Assembly (NCBI RefSeq): GCF_036321535.1 | Contig: NC_087436.1 | Span: forward strand, 72,912,001-72,976,000 | Length of the DNA: 64,000 nt | Direction of reading: 5' to 3' | From: Camelus dromedarius | Taxonomy: Eukaryota | Part shown: in pieces, positions 35,415 through 47,830 of the stretch | Position numbering within the stretch: position 1 is the stretch's first letter | How the letters are laid out: the number at the start of each line of letters is the position of its first letter | The notes under the pieces: generated by a model | Told to the model about the DNA's origin: nothing | Seen by the model: only the letters and a program-made list of their open reading frames with translations | The model's database searches: none | Made by a program: the position numbers and the translations under genes

Positions 35415-35760
35415 CCAAGAACAACTCTGGCTGCAAGTGACAGAGACCCACTTGAGCTAACTTGGGCAAAAAGGGGAAATTGGGGTTCACACAATCAGAA
35501 AGGGCAGCAGTATGAAGTGGGGACCCAATACTGCGAACTTTTTTCTCCCTCTTTGTCACATATTTATTCTTCCAACTCTAGGTCAGCTTCACTCTCTACA
35601 CCTCTTCCTAAGGCTGGAGACCTAAGGGCCACTGACGGCACCTGCACTCATTTCCTTACACCTTCATGGTCAGGAAAGAAAGAGGCACGTTGCCCAGCTC
35701 CAGAGCCGAAAATCCTCAGGTTAGACCCAGCTGGGTTGCCTTTTTCCAGAAAAAAGAAAG
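35415..35760 (-). mobile_element. Old MaLR LTR (MLT1K/L-like)
   Basis: tggctgcaagtgacagagacccacttgagctaacttgggcaaaaagggga. Confidence 0.6.
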
Positions 35761-36110
35761 CTGTGCCACATAAATCATGGAAAAGGAAAAATACATGTTC
35801 TCCTTGGATGGCAAAAAGGAATACAAAAGGCGAAGTCCATCGCCAAAGTAGAGTCAAAGAGAAATTGTATGGCTTAGAATTTTTGATCACTCTTTGTAAA
35901 AGTGGCTGCCATTCTTCTGATAAAATAACAGTTTAATGCTTTTTAAAGCACTAATTAAAAAGCAAAAGGAACAATTAATTTGACTCATGGGAAAACAGAA
36001 TATCATTATCTACCTTGAAGAAAAGGGTGGAGTAATAGAATATTTCTTTGGTAACTAAAGATCATGACAAAGATTTCTATTTTAACTTTCTATGTAGGAT
36101 GTGAATAATA

Positions 36111-36333
36111 CAGGAGTTGGCAAACTTTTGCTGTAATGGGCCAGATAGCAGAAATTTTAGGCTTTGCAACCAAGAGGCAAAATTGAAGAGATTATGTAGG
36201 TACTTATATAACCATTTAAAATATAATTATTTGAAGACATAAAAAAAAAAAAAGCACTTTCTCAGCTCACATAAAGCACAAAAACAGGTGGCAATCTGAA
36301 TTTGTTTTCCAGACTGCAGTGTGTTAAGCCCTG
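36111..36333 (+). mobile_element. MER58C-like hAT-Charlie MITE
   Basis: caggagttggcaaacttttgctgtaatgggccagatag...caagaggcaaaattg...tatgtaggtacttatataacc...aaaacaggtggc...ccctg; terminal inverted repeats visible. Confidence 0.85.
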
Positions 36334-37924
36334 CTATAGGCCTCCAGGCAGCAAACCTTCAAAGTCTACTATTTAAGTTTGGTTTTCTTTAAACTCATAA
36401 TCAGTTACCTGTGGAGATGGTTAGGATGATAGCGCTCAGCTAGTTTGATATTTCCATTGACCTGTAAGAAAATGGCCCAGGGCTATGAAGGAAATTGCTC
36501 ATGCCTTCAGCTCTAGTCTGTAGCAGAACCCAAACAAGAACCCAGCTCTTTAAACTCCTGATCTGGAACCTTTTCCTCTAAACCAAGGTGCCTCTTACAG
36601 ATTCATTCTTCTCAAAGAACCAACACCAAAGGACTTATATTTAAATACTCAAGCATCCCTGCCTAGGCTAGGCCTGATGACACATTGGGTCCCAATTCAA
36701 AGACTGGTGGAAATGGCGTGGCAAACTTAAGCAAAGAAGTATGACAGCTGTGGGGAAAGGGTTGTCCCTTTTGGTAAGTCCCCAAGACATTGAGTGCTAC
36801 AGCCCAGGCCGCCAAACTCCCAACACCTCCATAAGTGGCTACAATACCATGAACAATGACAATTATTAACATTTTTGAATATGTATTCTGTACCAAGCAC
36901 TTTTGTTAGAGCTTGCAAGTATTCATTCATTGTTTCCAGATTCCAAAAGGGAGATAAAATGACCTTTGCAGGGTTTTTTTATGCATATCATCAGGAGACA
37001 GCCACAGCCTGAACACAGAAATAGTGCACATTGGTCATTAGTGAAGTTGGCTTTTAAAGCTTGTAATTTATGGCTCTGACATGCCACTATAAATTAAAAC
37101 AGGGTGGGTGTCCAGTATAGCTCACAGGAATGACGTCCCACCCATGAAGTGCAAATTCTCTGAGGTGGGAAGCAGCCAGCGTGACATGATGCAACCTTAC
37201 GTGTGATAACTTGTGTTCTTTGGCATGTCACACATTTATTTCCCAACACAGACACCTCCCCTACCCTCTCCAGTGGGTAATTCACTCTTGTCTGTTGTGA
37301 ATTTTCACAGTATTTCATCAAGATCCCACACCTGGGACCAGAGAGGCTGATGGTGAGACCACCATGGAAAATGTTGCTGAACGAATTGGAAAATTGGAGT
37401 CTGTTTACTGGCAGAAAGCAGACGAACAGAAAATTTTAAAGAATGAATATAGAAAAGGCCAGTTTCAGTGTCTAAAGAAACAAACGAAAAGTATTCTAGT
37501 GACAATAAAGTAAGCATACAAGGTCCTAAAAATGCCTCTGCAGCCTTACCCTTCAGCCAATCCAAACTGTTTTCTATTCTCCCTGTGCACCTTTGCTCCC
37601 CAGCCTTTATTTCTCTCTCCAAGCTGGTCTCCGTACCTGCAACCCCCTTTCCCTATCCTGAGATCTCAACCAATGGTTCTCAACTTTTTCTACACAGATA
37701 CAACTAAGGGTTTCAACTCACTCCTTGTAGCTGACAACCGCTCACATTAACTGTGTGAACCAATGGAGCCATGTCTCCAAAGAATCATTTGCCAATTGAA
37801 AACATTCCTGAGAATAAAGGAAGGGATATGCAGGCTCCCAACTGAGAGTCACTGGTGACCTTATGTTCTTAGAACTTCTTGGGAAGGGGCACTGCTGTGG
37901 ACACTTCTGCCTTGCCTCTCACGT

Positions 37925-38167
37925 GGGTCTGTTTAAATCCTCTGCCCATTTCTAAATTATCTTGTGTGCTTTTTGGCTATCCAGTTATATAAATTCTTTA
38001 TCTATTTTAGANNNNNNNNNNNNNNNNNNNNNNNNNNNNNNNNNNNNNNNNNNNNNNNNNNNNNNNNNNNNNNNNNNNNNNNNNNNNNNNNNNNNNNNNN
38101 NNNNNNNNNNNNNNNNNNNNNNNNNNNNNNNNNNNNNNNNNNNNNNNNNNNNNNNNNNNNNNNNNNN
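37925..38167 (-). mobile_element. L1 ORF2 fragment running into an N run
   Basis: tctgtttaaatcctctgcccattt...ctttttggctatccagttatataaattctttatctatttta. Confidence 0.7.
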
Positions 38168-38192
38168 AATCATCGGAAAAAAAAATCTATGT

Positions 38193-38365
38193 TATTGGTT
38201 CTCAAATTCAGCTGCACAGTCATAAAACCTGGGAAATTAAAAAAAAATGTCTGATCCCTAGGCACACACCCAGATCAACTGAATCAGAATCTCTGGAGAT
38301 AGTACCGGGGAACTGCTGAGTTTTAAAAGCTCCACAGGTGATTCTGTCAGTTTTGAGAACCACTG
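38193..38365. mobile_element. MER5A-like MITE
   Basis: tattggttctcaaa...actgaatcagaatctctgg...aagctccacaggtgattctg...ttgagaaccactg. Confidence 0.8.
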
Positions 38366-38440
38366 ACCTAAATTTGAAATTCTGCCTTATCCCCTAAGAC
38401 TTCAGCTTTCTTAAATCATCAAGTGCAACACCCATAAGTA

Positions 38441-38769
38441 CTCCTCTACAATATCTTCCCTGAAACCTGGGGTCACATGTGTTTCAAAATTCAGAATTAT
38501 TTTTGGATACACCGTGTATGTGTGTGTGTGTGCCCGCGCACATACACACAGGGCAGTGTATTAAAATATGTAATGCCGTCAGAAAAGCCTAGGGCAGTGC
38601 CCCGTAATCAAACACAGTAACATTCTGCGGTGAAACAAACATCCATAAATAGACTATAAATAGACTTATCTTAGTTGAGATCAGATTTGGTCCCAAATGA
38701 GTTAAGAAATAGTTTTCCATTTGCAGAGCTCTGAGATTTTGGAATCACGGGTAATAAACTGTAGACCTG
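38441..38769 (+). mobile_element. MER46C-like TcMar-Tigger MITE
   Basis: gaaacctggggtcacatgtgtttcaaaattcaga...gggcagtgccccgtaatcaaacac...gactataaatag...caaatgagtt...gtagacctg. Confidence 0.8.
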
Positions 38770-41072
38770 GGTTAATCAAGCATCTTCCTTTCTCGAAGTG
38801 CATACGTTAATCACGAAGATGAGCAAGACTTGTGTCCCTCCCTTGACAAGCCTACCATCTGACTGGGAGAGTAGGATCAGAGGCACGTAAACTACCCATT
38901 CCAGTCTCAGGCCAACTCTTCTCAAAGCACACTTAGCACAGTGGTTCTCCATCCTGGTTGCACATAAAACCACCCAGGAACTTGTGATTAATGTCATGGA
39001 AATTAAATCAAAATTGGGGGCATGTACAAATTTTAAGTGGGAATAATAAGTTTCAAAATAATCATGAAGAAGAAAATACATAAGAAGAAGGCAAGTAGCT
39101 TGGTATTCTGTTGCTGAATGTAAGTAAAAGTGATTTGGCATCATGTGCTCTTTGCGGTTTGCACAGGTGGGAAAAGACCAGGATTCAGGAGCATCCTGTG
39201 GAGATGTGGAGCAGTGATGAGACTTCACTCAAAAGGAGAAAGTTGATTTTGCTAAGAAACGAAAAAAACAAGATTTGCTATGTTTTCCTCTCAAGCAGTG
39301 CTTCTCAGCTAGGCTGGGAAGAGGACAGGCAGATGATGAGTTTGGAAGATGCTTCCTGGCTTACTCTCACCCTCTGTCTCCAGCCCCCATCCCAACCCCC
39401 CATGAAGACAACTTCTCTGAACCTTCTGCTCTAATGTGGCAATTCATTCTATATGATTCTGTGACATCTCATCAAGTTTTTGAGCTGTAATTTGTCTTTC
39501 ATTATAAATTAGGTTTTTCCATATTTATGCCTATCTTCCTAACCAGATTATAAATTAGAGAAGAGAGATTATTTCTTACAATATTTTACATTTTTTCACG
39601 GTGTCTATTACTATGTCTTACATCTTTTAGATTTTTCAATCATTTGATAGTATTTTGCACTCAAACCATGGACCTCCACTGAGACTGACGAAACTGGAAA
39701 AAATATAAATCAAAGTGAGAAATACATGAATGACTGTTTTGTTCCTGGCCTAAAATTATGAATGTTCATACCTGCCCTAAAAATGTCCTATAAATCACTA
39801 AGCAAAAAGAGAAAGCTAACAGATAGATGGATGAGATTTTTAATTCCCATTCTGATTCTACGTGACCTGTGTTATTGAGTGGTTGCAAAAATAACTGCCT
39901 AACTCAAGCAAGGGAGGGGAAATTTAAGTTATTAAGAGAAAACCTTAATTAGACTAACTGCTAACCAAAAGGGGAATAATCACTGTCAGCTCAGCAAACA
40001 AAACTAAGAACTAGAAGTCTAACTCGATATACATAACATGAGACTTCAAAAGAGATGGTGTAAGCAGTCTGAGCCCCCACTCTTTTTTCTAGATCATACG
40101 GAAGCACCTGGCACAGTGAGACACGTGTTGGGTGTCCATACAGAAAGCATCCAGATCCTGGAACAGCACTAGTGACAATGGGTATCTCTGAAAGAAAGCC
40201 TAGGATGGGTCGAGGAATCAGGGCTCAGTCATAANNNNNNNNNNNNNNNNNNNNNNNNNNNNNNNNNNNNNNNNNNNNNNNNNNNNNNNNNNNNNNNNNN
40301 NNNNNNNNNNNNNNNNNNNNNNNNNNNNNNNNNNNNNNNNNNNNNNNNNNNNNNNNNNNNNNNNNNNNNNNNNNNNNNNCATGTATATATATTCTCTCTA
40401 AATATAATTATGTATGTGCATTCTCAGTATACACAGTTACACACAACATGCATACATGGATTGGTTACGAATGTGTAACCTGGCAGTCAGAACGGAAGAT
40501 GGATTTAAGATGGGGAAGAACAAGAACAAGAAGGAATCCACAAGCACAAGCTGGACAGCCTGAAACCCTTTACCTCTGACCTTTGTGCACAGGAGTCCCA
40601 CAGAACTCAGAGCCCTTTGTCACAAATATAAATACATGTACCTAGATGTGTTTATATACCTACCCCGAGAGTCTGAAGAGCCGTTGGAGGATGTGGGGAT
40701 GGAGGAGCAGTTACAGGCTAGGCACTGCCCCCACCAAGGATGCGCCTCAGCAGATCATCAGCCTCACCGTGGATGAGCTGCAAAGAGCCAGAATTCCTTC
40801 TGTGCTCTGTGCCTCACATGGGTATCTCCCCTGGGGCCGCCCAAAGCAACATCATGAAAGGAAGCAAATTCTGGGAAACAGTTCAGCCTTGTCAAGCTGA
40901 CATCTCAGAAAGCCACCAAAGGTCTTTAATTTACATTGCTTAAAATTTTCTTTTTGGCAGGGAGATGGGGAAAGAGAAGTTACTTTATTAAAAATGATTT
41001 TTTAAGGTTGAAAAGAAATCAAGTCTAAGCCATTAAATGATGTCACATGAACAAGAAATCAATCATTTTCTT

Positions 41073-41372
41073 CTTCCTGATACATTGAGGTATAATTGGC
41101 ATACAGCACTGTGCAAATTTAAGGTGTACAGCATGATGATTTCACTTGCATGCATCATGAAATGATTATAACAAGTTTAGTTAACATCCATTATCTCATA
41201 CAAATACAAAAGAAAAGAAAAATTGTTTTTTCCTTGTGATGGGAACTTTTAGGATTTACTCTCTTAATAACTCTCACATGTAATATACAGCAGTGTTAAT
41301 TATATTTATCATGTACAGGACATTCCTAGTACTTACTTATTCTATAACTGGAAGTTTGTACCTTTTGACCAC
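41073..41372 (-). mobile_element. L1 3'UTR fragment
   Basis: ttgaggtataattggcatacagcactgtg...tttaaggtgtacagcatgatg...taactggaagtttgtaccttttgacc. Confidence 0.85.
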
Positions 41373-41526
41373 AATTTAAAGCTGTCATAACACTAATAAT
41401 ATTCAAGTCAATGACTTAGGTAAACAATCAAAAAACCAAAAAAGATATGAAGGCTGGATATCAGAGAACCTCTGAAGGATTAAGTGAATGTCTTCAATTG
41501 AGGGATGAGTATAATAATGCCACACC

Positions 41527-42213
41527 NNNNNNNNNNNNNNNNNNNNNNNNNNNNNNNNNNNNNNNNNNNNNNNNNNNNNNNNNNNNNNNNNNNNNNNNNN
41601 NNNNNNNNNNNNNNNNNNNNNNNNNNNNNNNNNNNNNNNNNNNNNNNNNNNNNNNNNNNNNNNNNNNNNNNNNNNNNTAATTTGAAAAGATACATACACC
41701 CCAATATCCATAGCAACACTGTTTGCAATAGCCAAGACTTAGAAGAAACTTAAATGTCCATCGACAGATGACTGGATAAAGAAGTTGTAAGATATATATA
41801 TAGTACATATATACAGTATATATATATATGTACTACTCAGCCATACTATGGAATACTACTCAGCCATAAAAAAGAATAAAATAATGCCATTTACAGTAAC
41901 ATGGGTGGACCTAGAGATTATCATCATAAGTGAAATAAGTCAAAGACAAATATTGTATGGTATCAGTCATATGTGAATCTAATAAAAAGACAAAATGAAC
42001 TTATTTACAAAACAGAAACAGACTCATGGACATAGAAATCAAACTTATGGTTCCCAAAGGGGAGAGAGGGGGAGAGATAAATTGAGAGTTTGGGATTAAC
42101 AGAGACAAACTACTGTGTATAAAATAGATAAACAACAAAGTCCTACTATATAGCACAGGAAACTGTATTCAATATCTTGTAATAGCCTATAATGGAAAAT
42201 AATATGAAAAGGA

Positions 42214-42260
<47 letters not shown>

Positions 42261-42335
42261 GAGAGAGATCACTATGCTGTACAACAGAAACTAACACAAC
42301 ACTATAAACCAACTGTACCTCAATAAAAAACTAAA
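41527..42335 (+). mobile_element. 5'-truncated cetartiodactyl-type L1 with diverged 13-bp TSD
   Basis: ORF2 end (gatacatacacccc...catagcaacactgtttgcaatagccaag), 3'UTR and tail. TSD ataatgccacacc (41514-41526) / attatgacacacc (42336-42348), 11/13 identical. The 5' end lies in an N run. Confidence 0.88.
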
Positions 42336-43049
42336 ATTATGACACACCCTTTATAATTTTCCACACTCTTGAATACTCAAAGGTGGGTTCTGTGTATCTT
42401 CCACAGATGCAGAAATTCTAAAGTTTAACGTCTGACATAGCATGCCTTTTGCTTCATTCACTACAAAGACTTTGGTCTCCAGTAAACTGCTTATCACGTG
42501 TTTACATGCTTCCTTTCTAACTGATCCTGCCCTTTGAAGCCATGAATTGCCTGAAACAGATGAACGTGGAAGACGGCACCCACAACGAAAAGAAGATGCC
42601 ATGTATCTCCACCAACCATTTTTTATAAAAATCTGCCTTTTGTAGACTTGGAATTAAATATTGGCACTTCAGGAAGGACTCCTTAAGTTCTTACCTTGAC
42701 AATAAGTGTTACTGTTGTTTTTGTGCAGCCCAGATGAGTGTGAAGGCTGCCTCGAGGCGGGGCAGTAAGAAATATAGGTCCAATAATGAGATGCAATTGC
42801 ATCCTAAGCAATCATAAGTATGTAATGCATTTGTGTGGCATCGGCACACTGGCATGAAGAACTTTGAAAATCAGGTTTTCCAAGCCATGGATCAACACAA
42901 GTGTTGGACTTGAGCCAAAGCTGTAAATGTTGATCTAATTCTTTACATTTACGCCTGCCAACCCTATGGCCAATAGCCAAATGAAATCACAGGCACTCCA
43001 TTTGTAGGGCTTTAACCTTGTTCTTTTGTTTTTATTTTATTTGTACCTA

Positions 43050-43233
43050 TTTTTTATTGAAGTATATCAGTTTACCATGTTGTGTTAATTTCTGGTGTAC
43101 AGCATAGTGATTCATTTATACATATATATTCCTTTTCATACTTTTTCATTAAAGGTCATTACAAGATATTGAATACAGTTCCCTGTGCTATACAGTAGGA
43201 CTTTGTTTTTTATCTATTTTGTATATAGTAGTT
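43050..43233 (-). mobile_element. Cetartiodactyl-type L1 3' tail
   Basis: ttttttattgaagtatatcagtttaccatg...tacaagatattgaatacagttccctgtgctatacagtagg. Confidence 0.85.
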
Positions 43234-43254
43234 AGGCTCAAAACTCTGAGTTTT

Positions 43255-43700
43255 AACTTTGTAATAAACAGCAAAGTGCTAAGCACTTCATACACATTAT
43301 TCAACTTCACCTTCACAGCAAACCAATGAGATAGTTATTATCTCTGTTCTACTAATGAGAGAGGGGTTGGATAACTTGTCCGAGACCTGTCTGATTCCAA
43401 AGCACAAGTATAGCTACATACTATATCATCCTATCTTCATCCATATTTGTTCATCATCACAGCATCACAGCCTGGAACCTTCCTTGCCTTAATAATAACA
43501 GCCCATGTTTACAGAGCACAGACCTGTAACAGATGTGGGTCTAAATGATTTATGGCATTATAATCACTTAATCCTCACAGTTGCCATTATCAGCATTATA
43601 TATGAAAGGAAAGTGATCCTTAAAAACAGAAAGGATTTGAATCATATCAATCAGAGGAAAAATTTGCATGCTGGGTTTGGTTCAAATTCCAGTACTGTCA
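43255..43700 (-). mobile_element. Two MIR remnants (about 43255-43400 and 43505-43700)
   Basis: gtgctaagcacttca...cacagcaaaccaatgagatag; atgtttacagagcac...cacttaatcctcac. Confidence 0.6.
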
Positions 43701-44350
43701 CCTTCTATATCTTTATTTCAAGCTAAAATAAGACACCTCAAACCTACACATTTACCCTACTAGCTTCAAGCTGCTTTATTTCTGATCTTGCTCTTATTAC
43801 ATTGAACTGCCTCACACTTTTGGCTTTCTCCAATTTGGGGGTCTGCTGTTACCTTTGACCTTATCAAATTTTCTTGATTTTTTTTCTTACTTGACCCATC
43901 ATGCATTTTAAGAACTTTGACTGATAGTCAGCCTCCAGCTGCAAAGACACTTCTGATGACCTTGGGCAACAAACTCCACTTCAGCATCCAGGCATCACAA
44001 GCCTGAATCTGGTCCCTGCTGCCTCATAAAAGGGACTGGGACATAGGCCATAAGGACATTTCTAACTCTCCCCCAAGTGCCCTCATGCTGCCCCCTTAGC
44101 ATCCCAGGCACTCACTGGGAAATGTTACCAAAGCCTGTCCGCTCTTATCAGTACTTGTGAGTCAATTTCCTCTGGCTCTCAGTCCAAATAGACCCATCCT
44201 GGCTTGTAGAGTCATGCTCCTCGATAAGAGAAAGCTAGCAAAAACACTAATCTGGGTTGCTGAATTTCGAAGTGTTGAAGGGCTAAAGCAGTTTCTGAAA
44301 TGTATTTAACTATAAAGTACTTTATAACTTTAAAACTTTTAAGGTATTGG

Positions 44351-44491
44351 GGGAGGGTATAGTTCAGCGGTAGAGTGCATGCCTAGCATACATAAGGTCC
44401 TGGGTTCATGCCCCAGTAACTCCATTAAATAGATGAATAAACCTAATTACTTCCCTTCCAAAATAATGATAAATAAATAAAAAACTAAAGA
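44351..44491 (+). mobile_element. Camelid tRNA-Ala-derived SINE (vic-1-type) with 19-bp TSD
   Basis: gggagggtatagttcagcggtagagtgcatgcctAGCatacataaggtcctgggttcatgccccag has A/B boxes and an AGC anticodon remnant, then a unique body and A-rich tail. TSD aaaacttttaag(g/t)tattgg at 44332-44350 and 44492-44510. Confidence 0.88.
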
Positions 44492-45719
44492 AAAACTTTT
44501 AAGTTATTGGCAAAACACCAAAAGGAGTTTGTAAGATATAATATACACTTAGATTAAAAAGATTGGCAAAAATGGTCAAAGATGTTCACTATTTCTTCCT
44601 GGAAATGCATGGAATTAGTTCAGGTGCATTTCTTTATTTTAACAGAACAAAACAAAACAAAACAAATGAAAACAATGGAATATAGTCAGTGATAGGGATT
44701 CTCTTAACAAAAAAGATGGTGTATGTCAAGTTAAAAAATCATTAATTTCACACTTTTGTTATTTTTTTCTAATGAAAATGGTATTCTGTGTCAGTTATAT
44801 ATTGCTTAATATTAGGAATGTTGTTGCCATGTCAGAGCGTGTATCAGACATTGTCTTAAGTCTATTCCTTTATTTTGTCTCCACCAATATCCAGTGAAAA
44901 TCTCGTTCTGTGCAGGCATATGGTAGCAAAGTAAGAGCATAAAACTGAGGTTTCCCAATAGTCACATAGTCTCACACTTGGCCATTGAAAAAGCCTTTAT
45001 TTTCATCTTGAAAACTTGATTTTTTAAGAAAGTGGAGTCTACAGTGGTTCACCTTCTTTGAAAGAGTTGATCTGTTTATTTAAATCAGTTTGAATGCTCT
45101 TTATTTAAATTCTCTCTTCCAGACACAGGTACATAAGAAATACATTTGGATAGTATGAGTGTTTAACAAAAAGTAAACAAGACAATATCACAATCATGTT
45201 GTTGTAAGTTAACCACTCAGACAATGCAAGCAGTGGTACACTGGCAGCCTACCAGTTACCCTGAAGATCATCTATAGTAAATCTTCAGTGTGTATCAATG
45301 TGCAGGCTAGCCTCTGGGTTCCTACATGTAGCATCTTAGGACTTTTGACTAGCTTTTTCTTAAGCATATTATGAGAAAATGTATTTTATTTATGTGTTAC
45401 ATATATATTGTATATACATTTTAGGAAAAACGCATTTCCAGAAACTTCCCTTCCCCACCTGAAGCAGAGTAATTCTTAAGTGATATGAACAGTCTGGGAA
45501 ATTCTAGCTTAAAATATTATCCCTCAATGGTAATATATTTGTGTTGAAATTTCTGGAACTGTACCTTAACTCAAATGCCTGAAAGACTCCTGGTCAGATT
45601 GCCAACAACCGCAACAGATCAGGGACTACGCAGCGTTCTGTGTTAATTCAACCACAGCAGTCTCCATCCTTGGGGCTCAGCTACCTGGAGGCCGAAGTGA
45701 AGCCAGGGATGCAGTTATG

Positions 45720-46060
45720 GCTGACTGGGAGAAGGGAATGATTCTGAGCTTGAGTCAGAGAGTCCAGAGTTCAAATCCCTGCCACCTTTCACAACGTAAG
45801 TTCCCTCTCTGCTCCTGACCATCTGTAGAGTGGGCATACTGATAACATCCTTGAATATTTTTTTCGTAAATAATTTTGAGTATCTACTACATACCAACCC
45901 CTATTCTCGGAAATAAAGATATAGCTGAGAAAAAACAGACCAGGTCTCTCAGGGAGCTTCCAACCTAGTGAAGAGAGGATAGACCACTAACAAGGAAATA
46001 AATAAAATTTAAAAGTTAATTGCTCTTTGTGCTACGTACCATGAGGATAATAAAACCAGT
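45720..46060. mobile_element. MIR (+) followed by an L2 fragment (-)
   Basis: ccagagttcaaatccctgccac...catctgtagagtggg; then ttgagtatctacta...gagcttccaacctagtg. Confidence 0.6.
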
Positions 46061-46072
46061 GACGGAGTAGAG

Positions 46073-46280
46073 CTGCATTACATCAGATACAGTAACCACG
46101 CGTGGCTATTTAAGTTGAAATTGATTAAAATTAAATAAAACTGAAAATTCAGTTCCTTGATTATAGCAGCCACATTTCAAATTCTCCATAGCCACATGCA
46201 GGTTGTGTTGAACTACCCTATTGGACGGCTCTGATATAGAATTTCAACATTACCACAGAGAGTTCTATTGACTAGCACTG
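46073..46280 (-). mobile_element. MER3-like hAT-Charlie MITE
   Basis: gtggctatttaagtt...aaaattaaataaaa...aattcagttcct...gccacatttcaa...ctattggac...gatatagaa...agagagttctattgac...cactg. Confidence 0.85.
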
Positions 46281-47484
46281 TTGACTAGAGTGATAAGGGG
46301 AAGTTTGGGCAAGGAACTACTTTAGATGATATTAATATATATAAACAACCATGCAATGAGGAACACAAACTATAGTAGAGACTCAATAAATTGGAATTAA
46401 CCTTATGTTAGCGTATTTTATAGTCTATATCCTTTTCTTCTCTCACTTTATTCCTCAATGTATAAAGCCTAAGAATAGATACCTTTAAATATAGTTTGTT
46501 CCTTAATTCTACATCATGAACTTCTAACATCTGAAATTCTGGGCTAACAACTTAGGCTCAGCACACTTATGTAAAAGACCTTTTTTTTCTGCATAGTTTC
46601 CTGGATCAGAAAAAGAAGGGAAAGTTTTCCCTACAGTATGGGTGAATGATAAACCTCAGAAAGTAGGCAAGTGCATTAAACAGAAGGAATATGGGAATAA
46701 TTTCTTAAAGGTTAAAATTGTATTTGAAGTTAGAAAATGAGACTTTAGAAAGGTCTAACTTTGAAAAGCAAATTCTCTGTCCTTGATTTTCTATAACTCT
46801 GACACTGATACACTCCATCCACCACACCTTAAAGATCTTTATGAAGATAGAACACGACCCTGTGTTACATGCAAAAGGCTATGTATGAAGTGAATATGTG
46901 TGCATTGACTCATATTTCACAGTGATTGTTATTTTGGGAATGTTTTACTTAGATAAAAGAACATACATAAAAACAGCCAGTATTTACTGAATTCCTTCCT
47001 AAAACATGACCAACAGAAGAGGAATAATTACTCAACAGCTAAAACCCTAGTCTGCTGTGCACAGTCATATTTAAAATCAGGTAAGATAATAGTTAGGTGA
47101 ATAAGCCAACTTATCTTTGCCCGTGTATTTATGAAGCACACACAGGTCATGTATGCCAGTCAGATTTCATTTCTATTTCTTTGAAAATGACTAAGTAGCA
47201 ACACTGGCTATGCCCCAGCCAGAAATTTAGCAAAATTAATGTGGTGAAAGACCCATAGGGAGGTGTATTCCCAGAACTGAAGCTGGAGGATTAGTTGAAT
47301 TCCTGTGTATCAATCTAATAGCAATGGTGTTAATACCTATAAGGGAGAAAATCATAAACTTCTCCTGTAACAGCCATCAGAGTTTCACTGACCGCAAGGC
47401 TAAGTGTAACCATCTCATTAGGAGAACTGAACAGTGCTGATTAGCCAGCGGGGATCTCTGAAAATTATTTTCCTCCTCTTGGAG

Positions 47485-47499
47485 CTGCCACCTGGCGCC
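47485..47499 (-). promoter_or_regulatory. CTCF core motif candidate (GGCGCCAGGTGGCAG)
   Basis: 13/14 match to CCRSYAGRKGGCRS, in non-repeat sequence with a retained CpG. Confidence 0.55.
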
Positions 47500-47696
47500 C
47501 TTAGGGCAAACAGAAGTGGCATGTTAACCACCTATGTGGGAACTATGTCCGAATCTATTAAGCGAACCACTGTGAAACGTCAAGCCCCTTGAGAGGGACA
47601 TATAGGAGACGCTGGCTCGCCCCACAGCTGCTCCCAGGGCCCAAGGGCAGCTGCTCCGGGCTCCACTGAAGAAAACTTGTGAGAGGGAACATGGCC

Positions 47697-47830
47697 AATA
47701 TCTTGTAATAACCTAAAATGAAAAAGAATTTGAAAAAGGACATGTAAATATATATGTATGACTGAATCACCATGCTGCACACCAGAAACTAACACAACAT
47801 TGTAAATCAACTACACTTCATTAAAAAAAA
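47697..47830 (+). mobile_element. Short cetartiodactyl-type L1 3' tail
   Basis: aatatcttgtaataacctaaaatgaaaaagaa...caccagaaactaacacaacattgtaaatcaactacacttca plus poly(A). Confidence 0.85.

Larger units (their letters stand above)
5984..41676. other. Seven unresolved N runs: 5984-6113, 6174-6304, 10813-10972, 11149-11296, 38012-38167, 40235-40379, 41527-41676
   Basis: Directly visible; lengths 130, 131, 160, 148, 156, 145 and 150 nt. Confidence 0.99.

Noticed and set aside
5866-41808. ORFs containing X runs
   Set aside because: Artefacts of N runs suppressing stop codons.
44351-44425. tRNA-Ala(AGC) gene
   Set aside because: Stems and the B box are degenerate, and the body, A tail and TSD show it is a SINE.
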